Virus record (IMG/VR): IMGVR_UViG_3300030104_004938
Span: 1-48,421 of that record
Reading direction: 5' to 3' (one strand)
Length of the DNA stretch: 48,421 nt
Source of the DNA: a virus
Lineage: Duplodnaviria > Caudoviricetes
This document shows, piece by piece, positions 38,218-46,103 of the stretch. The translations under genes and the position numbers were made by a program. The first letter of the stretch is position 1. Each line of letters starts with the position of its first letter. The notes beneath the pieces are model-generated. The model ran no database searches, was not told the DNA's origin, and worked only from the letters and a program-made list of their open reading frames with translations.

Positions 38218-38558
38218 AAGAAATAGAGATTAAATACAAAGAATCTCGTAGACGCGCACGACTGAACTGGGCTAACAGCGAACACGGAAAAGAGCTATCA
38301 AGAAATTATATGAAAGGTTACCGAACATTACCTTATGTTAAGGCCAAAGCACATGAGTATTATGTCAAAAACAAAGCACACTGGGGAGAAATTACCAAAG
38401 CCAAACAACGTAAAGAAAAAAACTGGGGTGGTATACGACAAGAAAATGAAGACATTAAAAGACTTCATGAAGAATGGGCTCGAGAAAATGGTTATCGAGA
38501 CAATGATTTACTACATGCAACAAACTCAGAAAGAATAATTAAAGATGCCAAAGAATAA
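38214..38558 (+). CDS. Basic hypothetical protein
   Basis: 114 aa, GTGA overlap with previous stop. Confidence 0.5.
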   Translation: MKEIEIKYKESRRRARLNWANSEHGKELSRNYMKGYRTLPYVKAKAHEYYVKNKAHWGEITKAKQRKEKNWGGIRQENEDIKRLHEEWARENGYRDNDLLHATNSERIIKDAKE

Positions 38559-38784
38559 AGACAAAGAACTCCAAGATATCTACAATAAAATATTTGAACA
38601 AGCCGTTCAACATATGAAGAAACACGAACCGCAAATGGTAGCCGGTACATTGATGGCCATTGCTATACGATTGTATAAAACTAGTTTAAGCGAAGATGGT
38701 TTTTCTGAAATGTTACAAACCATATTAGAATCAGAAAAAGATGTTAAATCTTATTTTGATGATGAAGGAGAAACTATACACTAA
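38545..38784 (+). CDS. Hypothetical protein
   Basis: 79 aa, VAGTLMAIAIRLYKT motif. Confidence 0.6.
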   Translation: MPKNKDKELQDIYNKIFEQAVQHMKKHEPQMVAGTLMAIAIRLYKTSLSEDGFSEMLQTILESEKDVKSYFDDEGETIH

Positions 38785-39149
38785 TGACTCGATCTCGATG
38801 GATTAATTCAATTTCAATGACTGTTCGTAGAGCAGTTCCTGAAACTAAGCTGTTTACCGCGGTTTTAGCACAAGCGGTGCATGATGCTTTTTCGAGTCAT
38901 GTGGACAAGTTAAGTAAACAAGCGGCTAGGAACTTTTTAATTAGTAACAATGAAAATCTACAAACGATATGTGAAATGGCAGGACGCAACTCTCAGTATG
39001 TATCCGAAAAAATACGTAAGAAAATACTTAGAGAAAATGGTTGGAATGTTGATATTGCTGTAGACGGCCGTAGAAAATCATATCGAGGCACACATAAAGG
39101 TAGAAAAAGAGGTCCTAAGTTTAAAAATAAACACTTGACATTAACATAA
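38784..39149 (+). CDS. Hypothetical protein
   Basis: 121 aa, PETKLFTAVLAQAVHDA and ICEMAG motifs, basic tail. Confidence 0.6.
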   Translation: MTRSRWINSISMTVRRAVPETKLFTAVLAQAVHDAFSSHVDKLSKQAARNFLISNNENLQTICEMAGRNSQYVSEKIRKKILRENGWNVDIAVDGRRKSYRGTHKGRKRGPKFKNKHLTLT

Positions 39150-39171
39150 TATAGGATTATACAGTATAATT

Positions 39172-39366
39172 ATGAAAGATAAAATAAGTTGGCAAGATAA
39201 AAGAGTAGCAGCGATTAATCGTTGCAGTAAAAAAAGAGGAATACCTTGTAGTGATACAAGTCCTTACTTTTATGAGTACAATGCTATTTTGAATTCTAAA
39301 GCTAACAACAAAAAAGAATATAAACTAGAAAGGAGAAAATATGGCAACACTAACTACAGTAGTTAG
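39172..39366 (+). CDS. Small basic hypothetical protein
   Basis: 64 aa; preceded by TTGACA(39135)-17 nt-TATACA. Confidence 0.5.
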   Translation: MKDKISWQDKRVAAINRCSKKRGIPCSDTSPYFYEYNAILNSKANNKKEYKLERRKYGNTNYSS

Positions 39367-39520
39367 AATCAGAGAAAATGGTGGCAACAATGTATACGCA
39401 TATATGGAAGCTGTTGTTTCTGATGCAAACAAAGCAAGCGAAGTAGCTCAAAAACTACAAGAAGCTAATGATCTTCAAAATGGAGATTATAAATACGTTG
39501 TAATGAGAGGCTCTTATTAA
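39341..39520 (+). CDS. Small hypothetical protein (59 aa)
   Basis: Strong AGAAAGGAG RBS; MATLTTVVRIRENGG...; not in track. Confidence 0.6.
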   Translation: MATLTTVVRIRENGGNNVYAYMEAVVSDANKASEVAQKLQEANDLQNGDYKYVVMRGSY

Positions 39521-39521
39521 T

Positions 39522-39665
39522 ATGAGCTGTCTTATAAACGAAGAAATATTAGAAAGACTTTATGAGGATTTTTTAGAAATTCTCAGTAAGAATAATAAAT
39601 TACCTCTAGAGCAAATAGAGAAAGAAGCGGCTCTACTGGCTAGAGAGGAATTTGACAAACAATAG
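39522..39665 (+). CDS. Small acidic protein (47 aa)
   Basis: MSCLINEEILERLYEDF...EEFDKQ fills the gap exactly. Confidence 0.55.
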   Translation: MSCLINEEILERLYEDFLEILSKNNKLPLEQIEKEAALLAREEFDKQ

Positions 39666-39678
39666 AAAGGAGGAAAAT

Positions 39679-39906
39679 ATGCAAACTGAAACACATAGAA
39701 TAAAATATTATTCTAAATCTGATGGTAAAAGAGTATCAAGACCCTATAATCCAGAAAGACAATATGAGTTTGTTGCAAAAAGCACTGGTAACTTAATTAA
39801 ATGTTACTGGGATGCAGAAAAAGGTGATTGGAGAAGATCTATTATGGAAAAAATCGTATCCATTAAACCTATAAAACGTAAAACTAAAAAGAAAGGTAAA
39901 AAATGA
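39679..39906 (+). CDS. Small SH3/WYL_2-like protein
   Basis: AGAAAGGAGG RBS before ATG 39679; YWDAEKGDWRRS motif. Confidence 0.5.
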   Translation: MQTETHRIKYYSKSDGKRVSRPYNPERQYEFVAKSTGNLIKCYWDAEKGDWRRSIMEKIVSIKPIKRKTKKKGKK

Positions 39907-40256
39907 GTAAATACACAATCGTAAAAGACACGTCAGTAAATGAATATGCTTTATTGTACAAAGAAAACTTTGGAAAAGTTTTAAAAGATACACATAAAGT
40001 TTGGGCTGAAGGTCAAAAAGACATGGGACCCGAACATCTTTTTTGGAATGGAGGTAAAAAAATAAAACCTTTAAACTTAAAGGGAATAGACCAAAATACA
40101 TTAGATATAGACGTTCCCGTTGTACATTTTTACAAAGACAAAAAAGTTTATGAGACGGCGATGTATACTAGTGGTGCAGCTTATAAAAGGTATCAAGTGA
40201 TAAAAGACGTGGCAACTAAGGATCAATTTTTTAAGTATGTTGAAGCAAGAAGCTAA
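39903..40256 (+). CDS. Hypothetical protein
   Basis: 117 aa, ATGA-coupled. Confidence 0.55.
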   Translation: MSKYTIVKDTSVNEYALLYKENFGKVLKDTHKVWAEGQKDMGPEHLFWNGGKKIKPLNLKGIDQNTLDIDVPVVHFYKDKKVYETAMYTSGAAYKRYQVIKDVATKDQFFKYVEARS

Positions 40257-40888
40257 TGAGAAAAGGACTAGTAAAAGCTGAAAAAGATTTAAAAGATATC
40301 TACGCTAGTAACAGAAGAAAAGGTATCACCATTAGAAAACACCCTAATGGTGATGATCCAGAAAAAATAAAACTTTTTGGAGAATATAAAATTTGTTCTA
40401 AATGCAGAGAGAGAAAACATATTTTTTACTTTGATTATAAAAGTAGAATTAATTTAGACGGTACTAAAAGAAAAGGCATTCAAGCTGAATGTGGTTTATG
40501 TAGAAAAAAACAAAAATTAAAAAAATATAACTCCGATCCTCATTCCTACGTTTTTCGTTTAATTCAATTTGCTATGCAGCCTTCAGCTGTTAAAAAAGGA
40601 CGTAAACCTTGCACTATGGCAGTTGACGAATTTATGAATGAATGGCAAAAACAATATGAAAAAACAGGTTTATGTTGCCCTAAAACAGGAGTCTTAATGA
40701 CTTATATTGGAGGAGAAAATGTTGTGAATACCAATATCTCCATTGATCGTATTAATAATAATAAAAATTATGAAAAAGGTAACGTTCAGTTTGTTACCAA
40801 TATGTATAATAAACTAAAAGGTTTTTATGAAGAGAAAGAAATTGATAAATTTTGTTACAAAAGAGTTGAAAGATTAAAGAATGGATAA
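40256..40888 (+). CDS. Putative His-Me/HNH-like endonuclease with zinc-binding N-terminus
   Basis: CSKC...CGLC, CPKTG, SIDRINNNKNYEKGNVQFV...YNKLKG. Confidence 0.6.
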   Translation: MRKGLVKAEKDLKDIYASNRRKGITIRKHPNGDDPEKIKLFGEYKICSKCRERKHIFYFDYKSRINLDGTKRKGIQAECGLCRKKQKLKKYNSDPHSYVFRLIQFAMQPSAVKKGRKPCTMAVDEFMNEWQKQYEKTGLCCPKTGVLMTYIGGENVVNTNISIDRINNNKNYEKGNVQFVTNMYNKLKGFYEEKEIDKFCYKRVERLKNG

Positions 40889-40910
40889 GAGAAGCATGTT
40901 CCATGGGGCA

Positions 40911-40999
40911 GTGGTAGGCTCTAGGTATAATACCGACGTTGGTTCGATTTTTCTCGATATCCTAATTTTGTTCATAATCGTTAAACCAACAACTACCAC
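40911..40999 (+). ncRNA. Candidate structured RNA (nested stems)
   Basis: GTGGTAG/CTACCAC, GTTGGTT/AACCAAC, CGATT/AATCG and GGTA/TACC pairings in an intergenic gap; strand assumed. Confidence 0.45.
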
Positions 41000-41008
41000 A
41001 TTAAACTT

Positions 41009-41218
41009 ATGAAATTCAATAGCCTTATAGAAAGCATCATTGACGTTGGCTCCGGTTTTTTACTGGCCGTTGCCATACAGGTGTTTATTTTTCCTTTTTT
41101 CGATCTTTACCCTTCCATTTTAGATAGTATTAATATTGCGTTAATTTTTACCGTTATCTCGATGCTACGATCTTGGGTATGGAGAAGTTACTTTAGGAGA
41201 CGATATGAAACTCATTAA
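41009..41218 (+). CDS. Small two-TM membrane protein
   Basis: SLIESIIDVGSGFLLAVAIQVFIFP ... FTVISMLRSWVWR. Confidence 0.65.
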   Translation: MKFNSLIESIIDVGSGFLLAVAIQVFIFPFFDLYPSILDSINIALIFTVISMLRSWVWRSYFRRRYETH

Positions 41219-41339
41219 TTTGCTATTGTTGAAAAGTCGTGCTACACGTCAAGCCATGCACAATTTTCCTTATGATATACAAATGATGAGTATGTTTATT
41301 TTTATTACGTTGTATTTGATTATGGATATTATTTTTTAA
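41205..41339 (+). CDS. Small membrane peptide (44 aa)
   Basis: AGGAG RBS, hydrophobic C-terminus, TAATG-coupled to next gene. Confidence 0.45.
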   Translation: MKLINLLLLKSRATRQAMHNFPYDIQMMSMFIFITLYLIMDIIF

Positions 41340-41557
41340 TGAAAGAAAAATTTCACGAAATTATATACGATTGCATAGCTAGTGGTCAAGTCTCTTCAGA
41401 TCGCATTGCTCTCTACCTGAAGGATAAAAAATTTTATAAGTATTGGAGAAAACGAAAAGAAGAAGAGGAAGAGGTTTACGGGCAACGAGAACAAAGAGAA
41501 TTAAATGAGTCTTACAAACAATCTTTAGCCAATAAAAAGGAAAGAGAAAACAAATGA
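41339..41557 (+). CDS. Hypothetical protein
   Basis: 72 aa charged protein, coupled at both ends. Confidence 0.55.
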   Translation: MKEKFHEIIYDCIASGQVSSDRIALYLKDKKFYKYWRKRKEEEEEVYGQREQRELNESYKQSLANKKERENK

Positions 41558-42240
41558 AATGGAATAAACTTTATAAATATCCTAAAAGCTCACGCTCTTT
41601 GATAGAAGGTAGTCGTCACTATGATGTGAGCAACGAGATACTTCCTTCAGTGACAACCATACTAGCGGCTACACAGTCAAAGGAAAAAGAAGAAAGTCTC
41701 GCAAGATGGAAAGCTAAAGTTGGCGAAAATGAGGCGAATCGTGTCAAAAATGAGGCAGCCAATAGAGGTACGCTGATGCACTCTTTTTTAGAGTATTATA
41801 TACGAGGCGAAAAGCTGCTTGATACTACGGACGAGGGGCAAGCGGCGAGCGGCATGGGACAAGTGATTATTGATCAGGGACTTAAAGACATGGAAGAAGT
41901 ATGGGGCAGCGAGGTGACATTATTTTATCCAGGTCTTTACGCAGGCTCAACGGATTTGTGTGGAGTTTTTTCTGGACGTGAAAGTATAGTTGATTTCAAG
42001 CAAACGAACAAGCCAAAAAGAAGAGAGTGGATAGAGGACTACTTTATTCAGTTGGGAGCTTACGCTATGGCACATGATGTTATCTACAATACATGTGTTG
42101 ATCAGGGTGTTGTGTTGATGTGTTCCAAAGACGGATATTTCCAAAAATTTACTTCGACAGGCAAAGAATTCACAGGTTTTAAGCATAAGTTCCTAGAGAA
42201 AGTAGGACAATTTTACCAAAAAAAGGGTCAAAAAAAGTGA
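41554..42240 (+). CDS. PD-(D/E)XK exonuclease (MGME1/Cas4-like phage exonuclease)
   Basis: LPSVTTIL, RGTLMH, E..L, YAGSTD, IVDFKQ, YFIQLGAY. Confidence 0.85.
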   Translation: MKWNKLYKYPKSSRSLIEGSRHYDVSNEILPSVTTILAATQSKEKEESLARWKAKVGENEANRVKNEAANRGTLMHSFLEYYIRGEKLLDTTDEGQAASGMGQVIIDQGLKDMEEVWGSEVTLFYPGLYAGSTDLCGVFSGRESIVDFKQTNKPKRREWIEDYFIQLGAYAMAHDVIYNTCVDQGVVLMCSKDGYFQKFTSTGKEFTGFKHKFLEKVGQFYQKKGQKK

Positions 42241-42330
42241 AAAAAAAGGGTGTTTTGGGGTCAAAAAGGGGTGTTTTAGGGTCAAAAAGGCACTTTTTTT
42301 CGGTTTTTTAGGGGTCAAAATCAGGTCAAT
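42225..42330. repeat. Phased GGTCAA/A-tract repeats including a 21-bp tandem duplication
   Basis: GGTCAA at 42226, 42259, 42280, 42313, 42324; 42248-42268 and 42269-42289 differ at one base. Confidence 0.8.
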
Positions 42331-42649
42331 TTAGAGTTTTTAGTAGAAATGGCATGTCAAAAACACAACAAAACAGCTATTTACCACTCCCACTATATAC
42401 GTATTCTCAACAAATATATTTTTTGTTCGCAAAAATCTCAAAATAAAAGTAGATTAGTAGAAACCTTGTGAAAACGTATATATACCAACGGTTATTTGCG
42501 ATTTGGGCGCTACTTCTTTTCTACTTTTTCTACTTCTTTTTAGAAAAAGTGAGGTTTAAAGCCATTTCTTGCACCTTAATAAAAGTAGAAGGTAAAATTA
42601 GTAAACAAATGTTACCTATCCCATATAATTATATGTATATAAGTTTATA

Positions 42650-42808
42650 ATGACTGAAGAAAATTTTTTTGATATGTTCAATCGGATACACAATCCGAAT
42701 TACTATTATGGCAAACAGAAAACCAAAAAGAAGAAAACCGAGAAGAAAAAGAAAATTCGTAGAGCCTACACAACCAAACGATATCCCGTTTTCAAAGTAT
42801 CGGATTGA
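42650..42808 (+). CDS. Possible small basic protein overlapping the next gene
   Basis: MTEENFFDMFNRIHNPNYYYG then K-rich; 100-nt overlap lowers confidence. Confidence 0.3.
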   Translation: MTEENFFDMFNRIHNPNYYYGKQKTKKKKTEKKKKIRRAYTTKRYPVFKVSD

Positions 42809-43028
42809 GTGGGTTGATATTATATCTGATTCTGGTTGGGCAGATGAGAAAGAATTTCACAAAATGAAGTTAGCAAAACCTATCAATGAAGGTTGGTTAT
42901 TTTCTAAAGATAAAAACCATGTTAAAGTGTTTGCGTCTTACGATAAAGATGATGATGGTAGCTATACTTTTGGCGATCGTACCATGATACCTTGGGCTTG
43001 TGTTAAAAAGATGATTAAGATTTCATGA
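42708..43028 (+). CDS. Hypothetical protein with basic N-terminus
   Basis: MANRKPKRRKPRRKRK then IEWVDIISDSGW ... GDRTMIP; start set to ATG 42708. Confidence 0.65.
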   Translation: MANRKPKRRKPRRKRKFVEPTQPNDIPFSKYRIEWVDIISDSGWADEKEFHKMKLAKPINEGWLFSKDKNHVKVFASYDKDDDGSYTFGDRTMIPWACVKKMIKIS

Positions 43029-43094
43029 AAAAAAGATCAGCCCGTAAAAAGATAATTGATTTAAAAAATGATAGACGTAAGTTTAAACGTAAGA

Positions 43095-43697
43095 TTAGGA
43101 AGAAGTAGATGTGGAATCCTGACCGGTATCGTCTGGTATTTTTTTCAGTGGTTGTAATGGCTTTGTTTTTTTGCTTTTTTCTTTCTCTTTTGGGTTAAGT
43201 CTAATTTCCTTTTGTTTTTCCTTAACTTTAGCCTTTAAATCTTTTTCTTCCACACCTTCCAATATTGGAGCGTACTGATCTATAATTTCTGCCATACGTT
43301 TTTCTAATTCTTCTTCTGATAGGTCATCTAACTTACCGGTACGTATAATTTTTTGTTCGATATAAAGTCCTGCGGCCTTGCCTCTTGCTACTTCTGCATT
43401 GACGGCTGCCGACCAAGCACCTTTTCTTAAAGCTTCTTGTCGAATTTTAGCTAGTTCTGTAATGTGACGACCATAGGTGACATCATACTTCTTTTGATTT
43501 TCTGCTCGTAGTTCTCCTATATACTTGACTACAAGAGGATATTTCTTTGGATTTTGTAGTTCGTAAGCTCTAATTCTTGCCGCTTCGCCATAACCTGCCT
43601 CTTTTGCACATTCTGTGCCGTTCATTCGACCTTCATTTGACACAACCAATTGAGCAAATTTAATTTGTTTTTCTGTAAGTCTTTTTGGAACACCCAT
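43095..43697 (-). CDS. terS: Terminase small subunit
   Basis: LTEKQIKFA, ECAKEAGY HTH-like N-terminus, AAVNAEVARGKAAGLY; start at MGVPKR. Confidence 0.75.
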   Translation of the reverse strand: MGVPKRLTEKQIKFAQLVVSNEGRMNGTECAKEAGYGEAARIRAYELQNPKKYPLVVKYIGELRAENQKKYDVTYGRHITELAKIRQEALRKGAWSAAVNAEVARGKAAGLYIEQKIIRTGKLDDLSEEELEKRMAEIIDQYAPILEGVEEKDLKAKVKEKQKEIRLNPKEKEKSKKTKPLQPLKKIPDDTGQDSTSTSS

Positions 43698-43735
43698 AGG
43701 TTGACTAATACAGTAATTTTCAGTACAAAGCAACT
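43698..43735. promoter_or_regulatory. Overlapping divergent promoters, both apparently leaderless
   Basis: + TTGACT-17-TACAAA-6 nt-ATG; - TTGCTT-17-TATTAG-7 nt-ATG. Confidence 0.45.
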
Positions 43736-43978
43736 ATGATAAGTGGAAAGCTATTAGCAGAACAACTCAATAAATTCTTACAATCTCCAACATGTCAGAA
43801 TGCACGAGTACAGGTTAAAGTACCTCACGGTGAGTTTAGATCACCAGATGGTTTGTTTGATATTTTATCTGTAAGTCTCATGCAAAATAATGTTTTGGGA
43901 TCAAGAGAAAGTCATAGAATTGTTTTTGAGATTGCACCTCAAACATGGCAGATGGGTAAAGTTAAGAAGAAATTGTAA
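43736..43978 (+). CDS. Hypothetical protein
   Basis: 80 aa ORF with own promoter. Confidence 0.6.
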   Translation: MISGKLLAEQLNKFLQSPTCQNARVQVKVPHGEFRSPDGLFDILSVSLMQNNVLGSRESHRIVFEIAPQTWQMGKVKKKL

Positions 43979-44002
43979 AAAACTTGACTACTTGAATAGA
44001 GT

Positions 44003-44365
44003 ATGAAATTAGAGTCAAAGTTTTACAATGAGCTTAAAAGAATTACACCAAAAATTAGATGGACAAGGCTGGAAAATACCAGTGTACTCGGCACTCCTGA
44101 TTTATTGGGCTACAATTCTCATCAACACTTTTTTACTGTTGAATTAAAGGTCACCAAGACCGATAAAGTTCGCCTGTCCCCTCATCAAATATCCTTTCAC
44201 GTTCTTCACCCTGAGAATGCTTTTATACTTGTGAAAACCAAAGACGCCTGTCGCTTGTATCTTGGTAAACAGGTCAGAGAGCTGTTCGCTTGTGGTTGTT
44301 CGCTTGAGCCTGTCGCTTGTGGTTGGACGGACACTCGCTTGTGGTTGGAATCTTTAGGACAATAG
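44003..44365 (+). CDS. PD-(D/E)XK nuclease, Holliday junction resolvase / VRR-NUC-like
   Basis: LESKFY, GTPDLLG, VELKV, LSPHQISFH. Confidence 0.75.
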   Translation: MKLESKFYNELKRITPKIRWTRLENTSVLGTPDLLGYNSHQHFFTVELKVTKTDKVRLSPHQISFHVLHPENAFILVKTKDACRLYLGKQVRELFACGCSLEPVACGWTDTRLWLESLGQ

Positions 44366-44394
44366 CCCTCTAGCTTATTTGTGGTGGGCATTGG

Positions 44395-44550
44395 TTATTT
44401 AATTAATTTTAGTTCAGATTTTTTATACTCTAGTCTATCGTCTAGTGTTTCAGCACCATCATCAATTATTACAAAGCTATTTCCATAATATTTTACAATA
44501 GTTCCTGTTATTTCTTGATTTATAACTTTTACTTTATCTCCTATTTCCAT
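44395..44550 (-). CDS. Small KOW/SH3-like protein (51 aa)
   Basis: MEIGDKVKVINQEITGTIVKY...; AGAAAGGAG RBS; not in track. Confidence 0.6.
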   Translation of the reverse strand: MEIGDKVKVINQEITGTIVKYYGNSFVIIDDGAETLDDRLEYKKSELKLIK

Positions 44551-44570
44551 ACTCGCCTCTCCTTTCTTTG

Positions 44571-44759
44571 TTATTTAAAATTAACTTGGTAATTTTCTTC
44601 AAAGTAATGTTCAAAAGTGAGAGCATCACGCCCACCACCTTCTAAAGTTCCGTTCATATGTATGTGTTCAGCTTTTTTAACTGCCTCTTTTCTATTTTTT
44701 GCCTCAACTTCCGTACTCCACATAACTCGTTCATCTATTAACACCTTAAATGTTTTCAT
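44571..44759 (-). CDS. Small early protein
   Basis: MKTFKVLI...EVEAKNRKEAVKKA; AGAAAGGA RBS. Confidence 0.65.
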   Translation of the reverse strand: MKTFKVLIDERVMWSTEVEAKNRKEAVKKAEHIHMNGTLEGGGRDALTFEHYFEENYQVNFK

Positions 44760-44780
44760 ACTCGCCTGTTCCTTTCTTGG

Positions 44781-45125
44781 TTATTTATAATTAACATCAT
44801 TTGCTATTGCTACTTTTTTTCTTTCTTTAAAGTAGTGTTCATTTTCATACCTCTTAATATTATTATAATATTTAATCAGTTTATTTTTAGGTAATATAGA
44901 TACGGCTTCACTATAACCATCTTTTAACTTAAACAATTCTTTGTGCATTAAATATTCTTCTTCAGTGCCTAAATGCAAAAATAATCTACCTAAATTTATA
45001 ATAAAACAAGCACTACACACTTCGCCTATATAATTACCATTATAAGCTAATACATAAGCATCATCATCTTTTTTAATATTTTCTGTATGATTACAAAGAA
45101 TATCTATGTTATTTAGTTTCTTCAT
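44781..45125 (-). CDS. Early hypothetical protein
   Basis: 114 aa; shared AGGCGAGT-ATG start context. Confidence 0.6.
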   Translation of the reverse strand: MKKLNNIDILCNHTENIKKDDDAYVLAYNGNYIGEVCSACFIINLGRLFLHLGTEEEYLMHKELFKLKDGYSEAVSILPKNKLIKYYNNIKRYENEHYFKERKKVAIANDVNYK

Positions 45126-45208
45126 ACTCGCCTCTCTTTCCTTTTTGTTTTCCTTTGGTTGCCACTTTGGACTACTATATCTAGTATAGGTTGTCTTGTG
45201 GATAACTA

Positions 45209-45300
45209 GTGGTCAAGTAAGATACCGATTATGCATCCTCGTATATTTTACACTTACTTAACCACATATCCCATATATTCCCATTGTTAGTAGATGTCAA
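45209..45300 (-). promoter_or_regulatory. Promoter followed by a 13-bp leader stem
   Basis: TTGACA(45300-45295)-17-TATATG; GTGGTTAAGTAAG/CTTACTTGACCAC stem begins near the predicted start site. Confidence 0.55.
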
Positions 45301-45400
45301 CTAATTTATTAATTTATTTCTCGCCTGTCGCTTGTCGCCTGTGCCTTGTGAGATATAGATATAGATATATTTTGGGTGGGTTTTTCTTTTTTTCTTTTTT

Positions 45401-45580
45401 TTATGCTCTTTTTACTTCTCTAAAGATATAACCATTGTCTAAAATAGTTTTTCTCTTAATACAGAAATTACGATCAACCAATTTATTGACTACTTTCTTC
45501 GTTGCTCTATCGTTTCCATACCATTGAAAACCTTTAAATTTGTCTAAAAATTTAAGTAGTTTTTTGTGATCTTCGTTCAT
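45401..45580 (-). CDS. Small basic early protein (59 aa)
   Basis: MNEDHKKLLKFLDKFKGFQWYG...; AGAAAGGA RBS; not in track. Confidence 0.6.
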   Translation of the reverse strand: MNEDHKKLLKFLDKFKGFQWYGNDRATKKVVNKLVDRNFCIKRKTILDNGYIFREVKRA

Positions 45581-45604
45581 TGTTTCTTCCTTTCTATGCT
45601 CTTT

Positions 45605-45949
45605 TTAATTGTTTAAATAGTCGTTTACAATATTTTCTCCAACTATATACACATACATATTTACAACTTTTTCGGGTTCGCTTAAGTCTGTCGTAACTTC
45701 TCCGAAATTGTCTTTTTCATAATCTTTGATAATGCCAATAATACTAAAAGCTTCATCACTTAACCATTGTTTTGCTTTATACGTTCCGATTATATAATAA
45801 TCAGTGTTGAACACTTCGTGGTGTAAGTCGTCTTTGTGTTCTTCAATCCAATCTTTGGATTGGTCTTTTATGAAGTCGTCAAAGTGTTCTTTGATTTCTT
45901 CGTATTTATAGCTAGATGAATTTATTTCTTCTGGATATTCTACTGTCAT
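45605..45949 (-). CDS. Acidic early protein (possible Ocr-like DNA mimic)
   Basis: 114 aa, about 27 D/E versus 10 K and no R; own promoter and AGAAAGGAG RBS. Confidence 0.5.
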   Translation of the reverse strand: MTVEYPEEINSSSYKYEEIKEHFDDFIKDQSKDWIEEHKDDLHHEVFNTDYYIIGTYKAKQWLSDEAFSIIGIIKDYEKDNFGEVTTDLSEPEKVVNMYVYIVGENIVNDYLNN

Positions 45950-46082
45950 TTTATATTCTCCTTTCTATATATTATCCTACATATATTGAAATGCTTTGCA
46001 AGTTTTTTGTACTCTAAAATTGTGTTTTGTTATTGGTGTTTTATTTGTATTGATTATTGAATACTATCAAGAGTTTTTGATT

Positions 46083-46103
46083 AGTTTAGAACGATTATAA
46101 ACT
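46083..46103. promoter_or_regulatory. Irr box (ICE)-like palindrome
   Basis: AGTTTAGAACGATTATAAACT versus ICE core TTTAGAA-N3-TTCTAAA: one mismatch. Confidence 0.55.

Noticed and set aside
40900-40960. tRNA gene (AGTGGTAG and GGTTCGAT words)
   Set aside because: T-stem, anticodon stem and acceptor stem do not pair, and spacing is too short.
41554-42330. Cas4-like nuclease plus repeats as a mini-CRISPR
   Set aside because: Repeats are short and tandem with no unique spacers; the nuclease is a common phage exonuclease type.
42468-42650. 60-aa track ORF
   Set aside because: GTG start without RBS; sequence is dictated by the CTACTT repeats.
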